Shown here: positions 18,504 through 27,990 of the stretch, piece by piece
How the letters are laid out: every line of letters starts with the position of its first letter
How positions within the stretch are numbered: position 1 is the first letter of the stretch
DNA from: an uncultured Clostridia bacterium
Lineage (GTDB): Bacteria > Acidobacteriota > Aminicenantia > UBA2199
Direction of reading: 5' to 3'
Length of the DNA: 64,000 nucleotides
NCBI GenBank assembly: GCA_964633415.1
Contig: CAZWFY010000009.1
Location: 7,389-71,388 of the forward strand
The notes under the pieces: model-generated
What the model saw: only the letters and a program-made list of their open reading frames with translations
Database searches by the model: none
What the model was told of the DNA's origin: nothing
Position numbers and translations under genes: made by a program

Positions 18504-20532
18504 TCAGCTTGTTGATCTTTTCTATTATCTTTTTTTGTTTAGGCATTATCGCAAGGGATTTTTTCCATATTCCGAGAGCTTGATCTCTTTTGCCCAATTT
18601 AAGATAAGCATCACCAATAGAATTTAATATATCAATGTTTGTCCCTGTATAATCAAGAATCTTTCTGAAATATTCTATTGCCTTTTCATAATCTTTTAAT
18701 GCCATAAGCGAATAACCCATAACCTGATAGAAATTATAGCGTTGATTAGTTTTGAGAAATTTTGTTCCGATTGAAATGTTTTTTCTGTGTTGCCCCAATA
18801 AAAAGAGAATCTTACAATAATCATATGCAATTATACTATTCCTTGGATTTTTATAGTAGGATTCTCTTAATATCTTATATCCTTTCAGATAATTTTCGGA
18901 ATTAACATATTGGTTCCCTATTGTATTGGAAATATATGGGTCATTCTTTAAGTTGGATAATGAAATATTCCATGCTCTCTTAATTATTTTATTAAGCGGA
19001 ATTATAAAAGGAACTGTTTCCACAGCGATAATTTTACCTTTAGAGAACAATTTTACTTCAATTTCATAATAGGAAGGTTTGAAACCCTTCAGATCAAACG
19101 AATGGAAAACATTAATATTCTTCGGGAAATTTAAAATTTCCAATTTATTTTTTTTAATAGCAACTAAATCTTTTTTCAATGAAATCAATACATAGCTTCC
19201 GTTATAATCATTCTCATTCATACCGATTATTTGACAATACACATGCAATTTATCATTTTGTGAAAAATCATTTTTAGGAGACATAACCATCTGTTTATTG
19301 TTAATTAAAAACGGCTTGAGTATATTTCTATTATTCTCTTTTATCTCATATGACAGGATAGGTTTCATAATTATAGGAGTTTTAGGATTGGGAATAACAA
19401 CTCTTTTTTCCATAGATGTAAACTCTTTGGAAACAACATTTCTTATTAAAATATTAATATCATATTTTCCTTCGATCAACGGAAACATATCCTGGAAATT
19501 AAAAAGTTTATTATAAATAGATGAAAGTTTTTTTACATCTATTGAAACGGGAACTTTTTTACTGAAACTGTAAACAACCTTTTTATTCTCATTGATAGCA
19601 CTACCTATCACTTCGAGAGTGGAATAGAGTTTGTCATCACGTCTCTCAAGAGAAAGCTTTTTAGGTTCGATCAGATAGTGAACAAAAAATATTCCGTTAT
19701 CATCTCTTATTACACTTATCTTCGAGCTGTTTGGAATATAATTTGTTGAATATTCCACATCTATATACTCTTTATACTTCAACAATTTTGATGCATAAGC
19801 TGTATTTATCCTCTTAGTAGGGGCTTCCACTACTCTTTTCTGGATAAGAATATCGGAAGCCATAGTCGGTTTTCCAAAAGAATTTATATCACCCTCTATG
19901 AGATTTAAGGATACTTTTGCCACATCCGGATCTATTCTAACCAGCTCATTATACGATTTCTTTGTATCACCAGTACTTCCTTTATAATGCATAAGTAGGG
20001 AAGCCGGACCATTTTGAATCGGACTATACAATACATAGTCACCGCTATTATACGGCTTGAAAAAAACAACGTTAAATGCATTAGGAAGCCCGTACTTCGC
20101 AAGCCCCTGATAATACCAGATAACAATCGGTCTCAATTCAGTCTCATGTTCATATCTTAAAATCGATTTCGGCTTACCAAGTGTTATATATATCCTCCCC
20201 ATTTCCGTTTTCCATCCGGGAGTGGGTGTACCTCTTCCGAAAGTATCGGTAGCATATTTCAGTCGTTTATAATGTTCATTTTTATATTCATTGATTATTG
20301 TATTATGATTCGGATCTCTGTTTTTCCAGAAAGCATTGATAAACATATCTCTCTGCAGGTCGGTCTCAAGCATTTTAAAAATTTTTCTTTCAGCCTTTGT
20401 GATTATATAAGCTACATCTTTCTCCAACCATTTTCTATATCTTAAACCGAGTTTATGACTTTTTTTTGCCGGTATTAAAAAATTAACCGAAACAACAAGA
20501 ATAATCAGTCCGAATAAGAATCTCCTTTTCAT
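18472..20532 (-). CDS. GWxTD-domain protein with C-terminal TPR repeats (paralog of the downstream gene)
   Basis: Signal peptide. GWKTEMGRIYITLGKPKSILRYE motif in the same position as in the neighbour. C-terminal TPR-like repeats (AIEYFRKILDY..., ALGIWKKSLAI...). Confidence 0.65.
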   Translation of the reverse strand: MKRRFLFGLIILVVSVNFLIPAKKSHKLGLRYRKWLEKDVAYIITKAERKIFKMLETDLQRDMFINAFWKNRDPNHNTIINEYKNEHYKRLKYATDTFGRGTPTPGWKTEMGRIYITLGKPKSILRYEHETELRPIVIWYYQGLAKYGLPNAFNVVFFKPYNSGDYVLYSPIQNGPASLLMHYKGSTGDTKKSYNELVRIDPDVAKVSLNLIEGDINSFGKPTMASDILIQKRVVEAPTKRINTAYASKLLKYKEYIDVEYSTNYIPNSSKISVIRDDNGIFFVHYLIEPKKLSLERRDDKLYSTLEVIGSAINENKKVVYSFSKKVPVSIDVKKLSSIYNKLFNFQDMFPLIEGKYDINILIRNVVSKEFTSMEKRVVIPNPKTPIIMKPILSYEIKENNRNILKPFLINNKQMVMSPKNDFSQNDKLHVYCQIIGMNENDYNGSYVLISLKKDLVAIKKNKLEILNFPKNINVFHSFDLKGFKPSYYEIEVKLFSKGKIIAVETVPFIIPLNKIIKRAWNISLSNLKNDPYISNTIGNQYVNSENYLKGYKILRESYYKNPRNSIIAYDYCKILFLLGQHRKNISIGTKFLKTNQRYNFYQVMGYSLMALKDYEKAIEYFRKILDYTGTNIDILNSIGDAYLKLGKRDQALGIWKKSLAIMPKQKKIIEKINKLNGRNGNADKK

Positions 20533-20589
20533 TTTTCCTCCTGCACATTCGTTAAAATTATAGCATTATATCTTGAAAAATCAACAAAT

Positions 20590-22242
20590 TCAGTTTGTTT
20601 CGGATGTGATATATTTCATGTCGGATTTATCGGTAAGAAGATCAATAACAGAGATAACACAACTATATTCACCTTCTTTAAATTTAGGAAAATTTATAGA
20701 AATTGAAAATATTCTATTCTCGGATACCAATATTTTCTCATTATCAAATCTTACATTTCCAAAACCATCGGTTATTTTTATATGAATCTTTAGTTTTCCG
20801 AGTTTTTTCTCACCTTCTTTTCTCAGATAAAAACCGTTTATTGAAATTTTTAATTTTTTTTGATTGAAAACAGCATTCAATATTTTTACCGCCGGTATTT
20901 TTTTTTCCATTTTTTTAAAATAATTTTTTATATAATCCTGTCTTATATTGTTATCAAAAACAACTCTATATTTTTCATCGGACGTCACTACTTTTATTTT
21001 CCCCTTTTTATCATCCGAAGGAGAATATGTCAGCATGTATAAAATATCCTTTTTCTTTACAATTTTATCTAAGGATTTTTTAATATTATTGGAGGATATA
21101 AGATCACCGCCTGTTATCCTTGTCAATTCCCTGAAATTATTTTCAATGTCGGTTGAGACTCTTTTATACTCTATATCATTAGAAAGAAGACTGTTTTGGG
21201 TTTTTATAAATATAGTTTGAAAAACCGCACCTACTTTATAAAACAGCTTGGAAATCTGTTTGGTCGGAAAATCCTGACTGACATTAAGCGAGAGATTTAT
21301 CCTTACCAATAAACTTGAAAGGATCTGTGCATAAGATATATCCTCCCCTCTGTCACTTATCCGAAGGTTGTTTATTAGATTTTTCACATAATTAACTATT
21401 TCCCCGGTCGGTTTTAATCTTGGGAACAACTCCATCTGATAAAAATTCACAACCCATTTTTCCCCTTTGATTCTATCGAGATATTGAGCAAAATTATAAT
21501 AACCGTTAATACTGGGAGTCAGATATCTTCTCTTATATTCATTCCATAATTTAAGGTAATCCCCAAGCATTTTTCTTACTTCATCCGCCGGATTAGACCT
21601 TCCTCCTCCCGAAGCTAATTCAGACCTCATTCTGTAAATAATTGTCTTTATCTTCTCAACTTCCGTTACCTGTCTCATTCTTGCTTTTTTACTCTCTTTG
21701 GAGATCATTTTTAATACAAGTTCGAGAATCCTTTTCTTTCCTTTTAAATTATCAAGTATAAAGGTTCTGTTATTGACAAAGATCATCAACCTGTCTCTCT
21801 CTCTTAAAACTTTTTCAAATATATAAGTAACTCCCTCCCTTAGAGATTTGTTCAATTTAGTCGTTCTGAATACGAGAACAAAATATCTTGAAGATTCTTT
21901 TCTTTTCTGAATTATTTCACTGTTTTCTTTAAGATCATCAACAATAATCGTTATACTTTTCCTTTTGATCCAGAAACCGTTGATCTTCTGCAATTTTCCG
22001 TCTTCATACAGTTTAAAATCCCCTTTTTTAAGTTCATCAATAGGTTTCCCTTTATAAAACACTCTTACGGGAACTTCGACATTAACGACGGAAACATTTT
22101 CAACAATTCGCTTCTCTTTTTTTTTAATTGATCCGTATAAACTCAAGGATAAAACAGATATGATCAGCGACAATAAAATAAAGCTTTTTTTTAAGTTAAA
22201 CTTATCTCTTTCCATTTGAGATTTTATACGTATTGCATTCAT
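20590..22242 (-). CDS. Hypothetical membrane-anchored protein, N-terminus resembling VWFA-related (TIGR03436-type) domain
   Basis: Single N-terminal TM. VSVVNVEVPVRVFYKGKPIDELKKGDFKLYEDGKLQKI resembles the conserved start of vWFA-related Acidobacterial-type proteins. The rest is unassigned. Confidence 0.4.
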   Translation of the reverse strand: MNAIRIKSQMERDKFNLKKSFILLSLIISVLSLSLYGSIKKKEKRIVENVSVVNVEVPVRVFYKGKPIDELKKGDFKLYEDGKLQKINGFWIKRKSITIIVDDLKENSEIIQKRKESSRYFVLVFRTTKLNKSLREGVTYIFEKVLRERDRLMIFVNNRTFILDNLKGKKRILELVLKMISKESKKARMRQVTEVEKIKTIIYRMRSELASGGGRSNPADEVRKMLGDYLKLWNEYKRRYLTPSINGYYNFAQYLDRIKGEKWVVNFYQMELFPRLKPTGEIVNYVKNLINNLRISDRGEDISYAQILSSLLVRINLSLNVSQDFPTKQISKLFYKVGAVFQTIFIKTQNSLLSNDIEYKRVSTDIENNFRELTRITGGDLISSNNIKKSLDKIVKKKDILYMLTYSPSDDKKGKIKVVTSDEKYRVVFDNNIRQDYIKNYFKKMEKKIPAVKILNAVFNQKKLKISINGFYLRKEGEKKLGKLKIHIKITDGFGNVRFDNEKILVSENRIFSISINFPKFKEGEYSCVISVIDLLTDKSDMKYITSETN

Positions 22243-22320
22243 AATAGTTATTGTTTTTCTATTCGGAATATTTTATTATGCTCTAAATGAAAAAAATCTT
22301 TACGAAGTATAATAAAAACA

Positions 22321-23919
22321 ATGTTTAAGATTAATGATGATCATAAAAGAGAACTTGAAAAAAAAGAGATAACCGTACAATCTTTTTTTTCTCAACTTGA
22401 GAAAATCAGTACCGGCAGTTCATATATTGAACTTGACAGACCTTCTCTTCCGTATGACGGGATAAAGATTTTATCAACTGAGGAACAAGAGAGAATGATC
22501 TCCATATTTTCAAAAAAAAGCAGATTTTATAAAATATCTAAATTTGTTCCCGCTTCCGGTGCGGCAACGAGAATGTTCAAAACGCTGTTCGAAATAAGAC
22601 ATTTGTTGGGATCAAATTCATTTTCAGACAAAATTTTAATGGAAAATTATGAGAATAATCATACTTTAGTGGAATTTGAAACATTTTTAAAAGGAATATA
22701 CTTAAAAAAATTTGCTTTCTCAGAAGATATTTATGTGATTCTAAAGAAAATTGGATTGGGAACCAAAGAGGTTTTGCAAAAAGAAAATTACAGTATAATT
22801 GTCAACTCGATTCTCGATAAAAATGGACTCGACTATGGTAATACACCTAAAGCTCTCATAAAATTCCATAAATATCAGGATACGGGAATAACACCTCTTG
22901 AAGAACACATAAGCGAAACCTGCCTCTATATGGGAAACGATAATCGTGAAAAAATGATTCATTTCACTCTATCTGATCAATATAATGATAAAATTTCTCT
23001 TTTTCTTGATGAGTTAAAAATAAAGTTCTCAAAGATAGGAATGAATTTTTCATATGAAATATCTTCTCAAAATAAAAATACGGATACGGTTGCAATTGAT
23101 CTTAAAGGTAATCCCGTCACTACTCCCGAAGGTAAATTACTCTTCAGACCCGGAGGACACGGCTCTCTCCTCTATAATTTAAACAATATGGACAACGATC
23201 TTATCTTTATCAAAAACATTGATAACATCACAACTTATGATCGTATAAACAGCTCTGTCAATTATAAAAAAATAATGGGTGGAATGATAATTGAGATAAG
23301 AGAAAAAGTTTTTAAATATTTAAACCTTCTTCCGGAGATAAGAAAAGATTCTGAAATTATAAACGATATATATTGTTATTCAAAAGATGTATTGAATATC
23401 GGTTTCAGTAAAGATTTCTCCGAATTTGATATTAATAAAAAAAAAGAGATATTGAAAAACAGACTCAATCGACCTATCAGAGTTTGCGGTATGGTTGAAA
23501 ACAGAGGAGAACCCGGTGGAGGACCATTTTGGATAAAGGGAAATTCCGGCGAAAACATTCTGCAAATCGTGGAAAAAGCTCAGATCAACACATCCGACCT
23601 GAAGCAGATGGAAATCTTAAAAAATTCAAAATATTTTAATCCCGTTGATATCGTCTGCAGCATAACTGATTTCAAAGGGGAAAAATTTCACCTCCCGGAT
23701 TTTTCAGATGAAACGAAATATTTTGTTTCCGAAAAAGATTATAACGGAGAAAAAATCAGAGTATTGGAACATCCCGGACTATGGAATGGAGCAATGTACG
23801 ATTGGATCACTATCTTTGTCGAAACACCTGTTGAAACTTTCAACCCTGTAAAAAGTGTTAACGATCTTTTGAAGAACAATCATATTCCCAAAAAAAATAT
23901 ATGTTTTTATTCAAGATAA
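22321..23919 (+). CDS. DUF4301-like protein, putative UGPase-type nucleotidyltransferase fold
   Basis: PASGAATRMFK, IFIKNIDNITTYD, RPGGHGSLLYNL and ENRGEPGGGPFWIK resemble the UDP-sugar pyrophosphorylase motifs LNGGLGTxMG, SNxDNL, PxGHGD and EGG, respectively. Confidence 0.45.
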   Translation: MFKINDDHKRELEKKEITVQSFFSQLEKISTGSSYIELDRPSLPYDGIKILSTEEQERMISIFSKKSRFYKISKFVPASGAATRMFKTLFEIRHLLGSNSFSDKILMENYENNHTLVEFETFLKGIYLKKFAFSEDIYVILKKIGLGTKEVLQKENYSIIVNSILDKNGLDYGNTPKALIKFHKYQDTGITPLEEHISETCLYMGNDNREKMIHFTLSDQYNDKISLFLDELKIKFSKIGMNFSYEISSQNKNTDTVAIDLKGNPVTTPEGKLLFRPGGHGSLLYNLNNMDNDLIFIKNIDNITTYDRINSSVNYKKIMGGMIIEIREKVFKYLNLLPEIRKDSEIINDIYCYSKDVLNIGFSKDFSEFDINKKKEILKNRLNRPIRVCGMVENRGEPGGGPFWIKGNSGENILQIVEKAQINTSDLKQMEILKNSKYFNPVDIVCSITDFKGEKFHLPDFSDETKYFVSEKDYNGEKIRVLEHPGLWNGAMYDWITIFVETPVETFNPVKSVNDLLKNNHIPKKNICFYSR

Positions 23920-24007
23920 ATCTGCTGTCACATATATTATTCATGATCATACTATTCTTGAAAAACAAAAAATTGACTAATTTCAGTAATTATAATAGCA
24001 TTTTCGT

Positions 24008-24493
24008 ATGAACTTATTCTCTTTTATAGGATGGTCAGGAAGCGGAAAAACCACTATCATCACACTTTTAATAAAAGAACTTATTTCGAGAGATTTCAGT
24101 ATTACCTCAATAAAACATGTTCCGGGGAAATTTTACCTTGAACCGGAATCAAAAGACAGCTTTAAATATCTTGCAAATGGTGCCGAAGAAGCTTTTATCC
24201 TCAGCTCAAAAGAATTAATAAATACAATGCTGATCGATGAAAACTTTAATATATTTGACAAATACAAGAAAAAATTTGATCAATATGACATGGTTTTTGC
24301 AGAGGGATTAAGCTACGGCAATTATCCCGTGTTTGAAGTTTTTGACTCAACAAAGAATGACCGTCTGAAAGGAGATCCGAAAAAAATAACGGCAATTATC
24401 GGAGATAAAAATATTATTGAAGGGATCAGGTTTTTTGAAAGAGATGACATTGTTGGAATTGCCGACTTTATAGAGAAATTAACAAAAAAATAG
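24008..24493 (+). CDS. mobB: MobB-like P-loop NTPase (molybdopterin-guanine dinucleotide biosynthesis adapter family)
   Basis: FSFIGWSGSGKTT Walker A, IKH, KDS and ADFIEKL align along the length of MobB. Confidence 0.65.
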   Translation: MNLFSFIGWSGSGKTTIITLLIKELISRDFSITSIKHVPGKFYLEPESKDSFKYLANGAEEAFILSSKELINTMLIDENFNIFDKYKKKFDQYDMVFAEGLSYGNYPVFEVFDSTKNDRLKGDPKKITAIIGDKNIIEGIRFFERDDIVGIADFIEKLTKK

Positions 24494-24526
24494 AATTTGA
24501 TACATTTTTTCAAGAAGGAGGAAACT

Positions 24527-24943
24527 ATGAAAAGTTATAGAAAAGAGTTGTGGTTTGAATCTAAAGAAAGAAGGAAGTTTTTTCACATAACACCTTTAAT
24601 TCGGAAATGCCTCAAGGAGAGCGGCATAAAGGAAGGAATTCTTCTTTGTAATGCCATGCATATTACTGCAAGTGTTTTTATTAACGATAATGAATCCGGA
24701 CTGCATGCCGATTTTGAAAAATGGCTCGAAAAGCTTGCACCGGAAAAACCATACTCACAATATAAACATAATGGTTTTGAAGATAACGGAGATGCACATC
24801 TTAAAAGAACCGTCATGGGAAGAGAAGTTGTAGTCGCAATAACAGACGGAAATCTTGATTTCGGTCCTTGGGAAGAGATCTTTTACGGCGAATTTGACGG
24901 AAAAAGAAGAAAAAGAGTACTTGTTAAAATAATAGGCGAATAA
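24527..24943 (+). CDS. YjbQ/UPF0047 family protein (secondary thiamine-phosphate synthase-like)
   Basis: [36 protein letters not shown]...[35 protein letters not shown] matches YjbQ family conservation. AAGGAGG RBS 8 nt upstream of the chosen ATG. Confidence 0.7.
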   Translation: MKSYRKELWFESKERRKFFHITPLIRKCLKESGIKEGILLCNAMHITASVFINDNESGLHADFEKWLEKLAPEKPYSQYKHNGFEDNGDAHLKRTVMGREVVVAITDGNLDFGPWEEIFYGEFDGKRRKRVLVKIIGE

Positions 24944-25154
24944 ATTTGTTAAAAAAAATAAAAATAATCATTCATTTATCATAATAAGTGTGATAAAATC
25001 CTTCCTTAAAAAAAGGTTTAATAAAATGACAACTTTTTCAAAGAGAAAAAAGTGAATCCGGGCAAAGATATCAATATGATTGATAAAAAAACCCTGATAT
25101 CCTTTTCATTCATCAGGTTTAAAAAAAACAAATCAAAAATACAGGGGTATTTTA

Positions 25155-25445
25155 ATGGAAAAAGATGAAAAACTGATCAATTCCGAAGCACTGGAACGAA
25201 GATCAAAGAAAAAACCTTCTCCAAAAGAGAATAGTTTGTACGTTATAAGCAAATATTGTAAGGGATGCGGACTTTGCGTTGATGTTTGTCCCACAGGTAC
25301 ACTGTTACTTGAAGACAACGTCGAGAGTAAATTCGGAATTTCAGTCAGAGTTGATGCACCGGAGTTCTGTATAGGATGCAAGATATGTGAGAACAGATGC
25401 CCCGATTTTGCAATATTTTCCAATTATGACCAGGAGAAACAATGA
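25155..25445 (+). CDS. porD: 2-oxoacid:ferredoxin oxidoreductase delta subunit (2x[4Fe-4S] ferredoxin)
   Basis: CKGCGLCVDVCP and CIGCKICENRCP cluster motifs. Immediately upstream of, and overlapping, the alpha subunit. Confidence 0.8.
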   Translation: MEKDEKLINSEALERRSKKKPSPKENSLYVISKYCKGCGLCVDVCPTGTLLLEDNVESKFGISVRVDAPEFCIGCKICENRCPDFAIFSNYDQEKQ

Positions 25446-26563
25446 CAAAAAGAAAAGTATATCAGGGTAATATAATCGTAGCAAAAGCGGCAATAGCGGC
25501 CGGATGTAACTTTTTTGCGGGATATCCGATAACACCTTCTTCGGAGATAGCTCAATATATGTCAAGAGAATTCCCGAAAATAGACAGAGATTTTATCCAG
25601 ATGGAAGATGAGATCGCTTCTCTCGGAGCTTGTATCGGAGCTTCACTTTCCGGGAAAAAAGTTTTAACCGCAACAAGCGGACCGGGATTTTCCCTTATGC
25701 AGGAACACCTCGGTCTTGCTGTAATGGCGGAAATCCCCCTTGTAATAGTAAATGTTATGAGAGGAGGTCCCTCCACAGGAATGCCGACAAAACCTTCTCA
25801 AGCGGATATAATGCAAGCCAAATGGGGAACACATGGAGATCATCCTATAATCACACTATATCCTGCCTTTGCAGATGAAATTTTTTCAGAAACGGTAAGA
25901 GCTTTTAATTTATCCGAAAAGTTCTGGAATCCTGTCATTCTGCTTCTTGACGAAGTTATTGCCAAAGCTCATGAAGATATAGAAATTCCCGACCAGAAGA
26001 ATATTGAAATATATAAATACAAATCGAATACATTAAAGGATCTTAATATCTATGACAGAATAATCGGCGAAAAACCACCGAGAGTTGATTTTTTCGAAGG
26101 ATATCCCATTCATATAGACGGACTTGAACATGATTCTCACGGATGGCCTTCTTACGATGCGGATACAGCAGATAAAATGCAAAATTTAAGACTACAAAAG
26201 ATCAATGATCATCTTGATGAAATAATAGAGTTTAAAGAATATTTTATGGATGATGCGGAAATTATGGTCTTTTCTTTCGGTGTCTCTGCAAGAGGAGCTC
26301 TTGCAGCTGTAAGAGAAGCAAGATCAAAGGGAATCAAAGTCGGTCTTTTTCAAGCTTTAACAATATGGCCATTTCCTGAAAAAGCACTCATTGAAAGATT
26401 TAAAAAGATAAAAAAGGTGCTTACTGTTGAAATGAATATGGGACAGACCAAATATGAGATAGACAGAATTGCAACTGACGATATTGAAAGAAAAGCATTG
26501 CTTAGAGCAAACGGCATACCTTTTACACCTAAAGAAATTGTAAAATCAATCGAGGAGTTTTAA
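25442..26563 (+). CDS. porA: 2-oxoacid:ferredoxin oxidoreductase alpha subunit
   Basis: GNIIVAKAAIAAGCNFFAGYPITPSSEI N-terminal signature of POR/KOR alpha. Confidence 0.85.
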   Translation: MTKRKVYQGNIIVAKAAIAAGCNFFAGYPITPSSEIAQYMSREFPKIDRDFIQMEDEIASLGACIGASLSGKKVLTATSGPGFSLMQEHLGLAVMAEIPLVIVNVMRGGPSTGMPTKPSQADIMQAKWGTHGDHPIITLYPAFADEIFSETVRAFNLSEKFWNPVILLLDEVIAKAHEDIEIPDQKNIEIYKYKSNTLKDLNIYDRIIGEKPPRVDFFEGYPIHIDGLEHDSHGWPSYDADTADKMQNLRLQKINDHLDEIIEFKEYFMDDAEIMVFSFGVSARGALAAVREARSKGIKVGLFQALTIWPFPEKALIERFKKIKKVLTVEMNMGQTKYEIDRIATDDIERKALLRANGIPFTPKEIVKSIEEF

Positions 26564-26564
26564 A

Positions 26565-27410
26565 ATGAGAAATTATGAAAAATATATCAGATACAGAACT
26601 TTTCCTACTCCCTGGTGTCCGGGATGCGGGGACGGAACAATCCTCAAATCAATTGCAATGGCATTTGCCGAACTTGACATTGATCCTAACGATATAATTG
26701 TCGTAGCGGGAATCGGATGTTCAGGAAGAATGCCTACATTCTTTAATACAAATACACTTCACACAACTCACGGCAGAGCACTTACATTTGCAACGGGAAT
26801 AAAACTTGCGAGACCTGAAAAGATGGTTGTTGTTATTTCAGGTGACGGAGATGCATTGGCAATAGGCGGAAATCATTTGATTCATGCAGCAAGAAGAAAT
26901 ATCGGTATTAAAATGATCTTACTGAATAACGGAGTATACGGAATGACAGGAGGTCAGGTATCACCTTTAACTCCTCAAAAATTTATAACCGAAACAACTC
27001 CCTATGGTAATATTGAGCCTAAATTCTTAGCCGCTGAACTCTTAATTGCAGCAAGAGCTACATTTGTTGCCCGTGAAACGGTAAACAGACCGGTTCAGCT
27101 AAAAAATGTCATTAAAAAATCTTTTCTTCACTCGGGTTTCTCGGTTGTCGAGGCAATAAGCAATTGTCATATTAATCTCGGTCGGAGAAATAAGATGAAA
27201 AATCCTGTCAAGATGACCAAATGGATCGGGGAAAGAACCGTAACAAAAGAACAATATGCAAAACTAACTCCAAAAGAGAGAGAACACAAATATCCCGTAG
27301 GTGTCCTTCAGGAGACAACGGACAGATATGAATATTCCGAACTTTATCATAAACATATAGTCCCGGCCGCGAAACAAGCGGTAGCGGAGAATAATAAGGG
27401 GAAAAAATGA
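26565..27410 (+). CDS. porB: 2-oxoacid:ferredoxin oxidoreductase beta subunit (TPP-binding)
   Basis: WCPGCGDG and GDGDALAIGGNHLIHAARRN TPP/Mg site. Confidence 0.85.
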   Translation: MRNYEKYIRYRTFPTPWCPGCGDGTILKSIAMAFAELDIDPNDIIVVAGIGCSGRMPTFFNTNTLHTTHGRALTFATGIKLARPEKMVVVISGDGDALAIGGNHLIHAARRNIGIKMILLNNGVYGMTGGQVSPLTPQKFITETTPYGNIEPKFLAAELLIAARATFVARETVNRPVQLKNVIKKSFLHSGFSVVEAISNCHINLGRRNKMKNPVKMTKWIGERTVTKEQYAKLTPKEREHKYPVGVLQETTDRYEYSELYHKHIVPAAKQAVAENNKGKK

Positions 27411-27943
27411 ACGAAAGATATGAGATAAGATATGGTGCGGTCGGCGGTCAAGGTATAATAACGGCAGGAGCTCTGCTGGTTGATATTGCAGTGGAAAAAG
27501 AGAATAAATATGCACTTGAAAGTCCTACATATACTGCAACCGTCAGAGGAGGTCCGACAAAAGTTGATGTTCTGATCTCCGATAAAAAAATTGTCTTTCC
27601 TCAGGCAAGTGCAATTGATTTTTTTCTATGCACATTCCAAAAAACATTTGATCTCTATAAAAGCCGGTTAAAAGATGATGCCATCGTTGTTGTTGATTCC
27701 AATCTTGTTACGGATCTCGGTGACACTCACAATTGGAAGGTTTATCAGATCCCGATAATAAATGAGACAAAAAAGAAACTCGGGAATATAGTTTTAACTT
27801 CTGTTGTCACTTTATCAATAACTCAGAAACTGACGGAAATCATTGAATATGACAATATGTTAGCTTTTATTAAAAACTGGGCTCCGAAAGGATTTCTTGA
27901 TCTGAATATCAAGGCAATCGAAATAGGTCGTGATCTGGTTTAA
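27407..27943 (+). CDS. porG: 2-oxoacid:ferredoxin oxidoreductase gamma subunit
   Basis: GAVGGQGIITAGALL motif. 4-nt overlap with beta. Confidence 0.8.
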   Translation: MNERYEIRYGAVGGQGIITAGALLVDIAVEKENKYALESPTYTATVRGGPTKVDVLISDKKIVFPQASAIDFFLCTFQKTFDLYKSRLKDDAIVVVDSNLVTDLGDTHNWKVYQIPIINETKKKLGNIVLTSVVTLSITQKLTEIIEYDNMLAFIKNWAPKGFLDLNIKAIEIGRDLV

Positions 27944-27990
27944 CATCTGTTAAAGTTGACTTTTTTTTTAATTAACATAAAATTTCAATT

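Noticed and set aside
25088-25130. Hairpin cctgat...atcagg upstream of porD
   Set aside because: The stem is only 6 bp with a 13-nt loop and there is no T-run. It is not a convincing terminator or riboswitch element.
25133-25423. Antisense 96-aa ORF inside porD
   Set aside because: It lies entirely within the confident porD CDS on the opposite strand.
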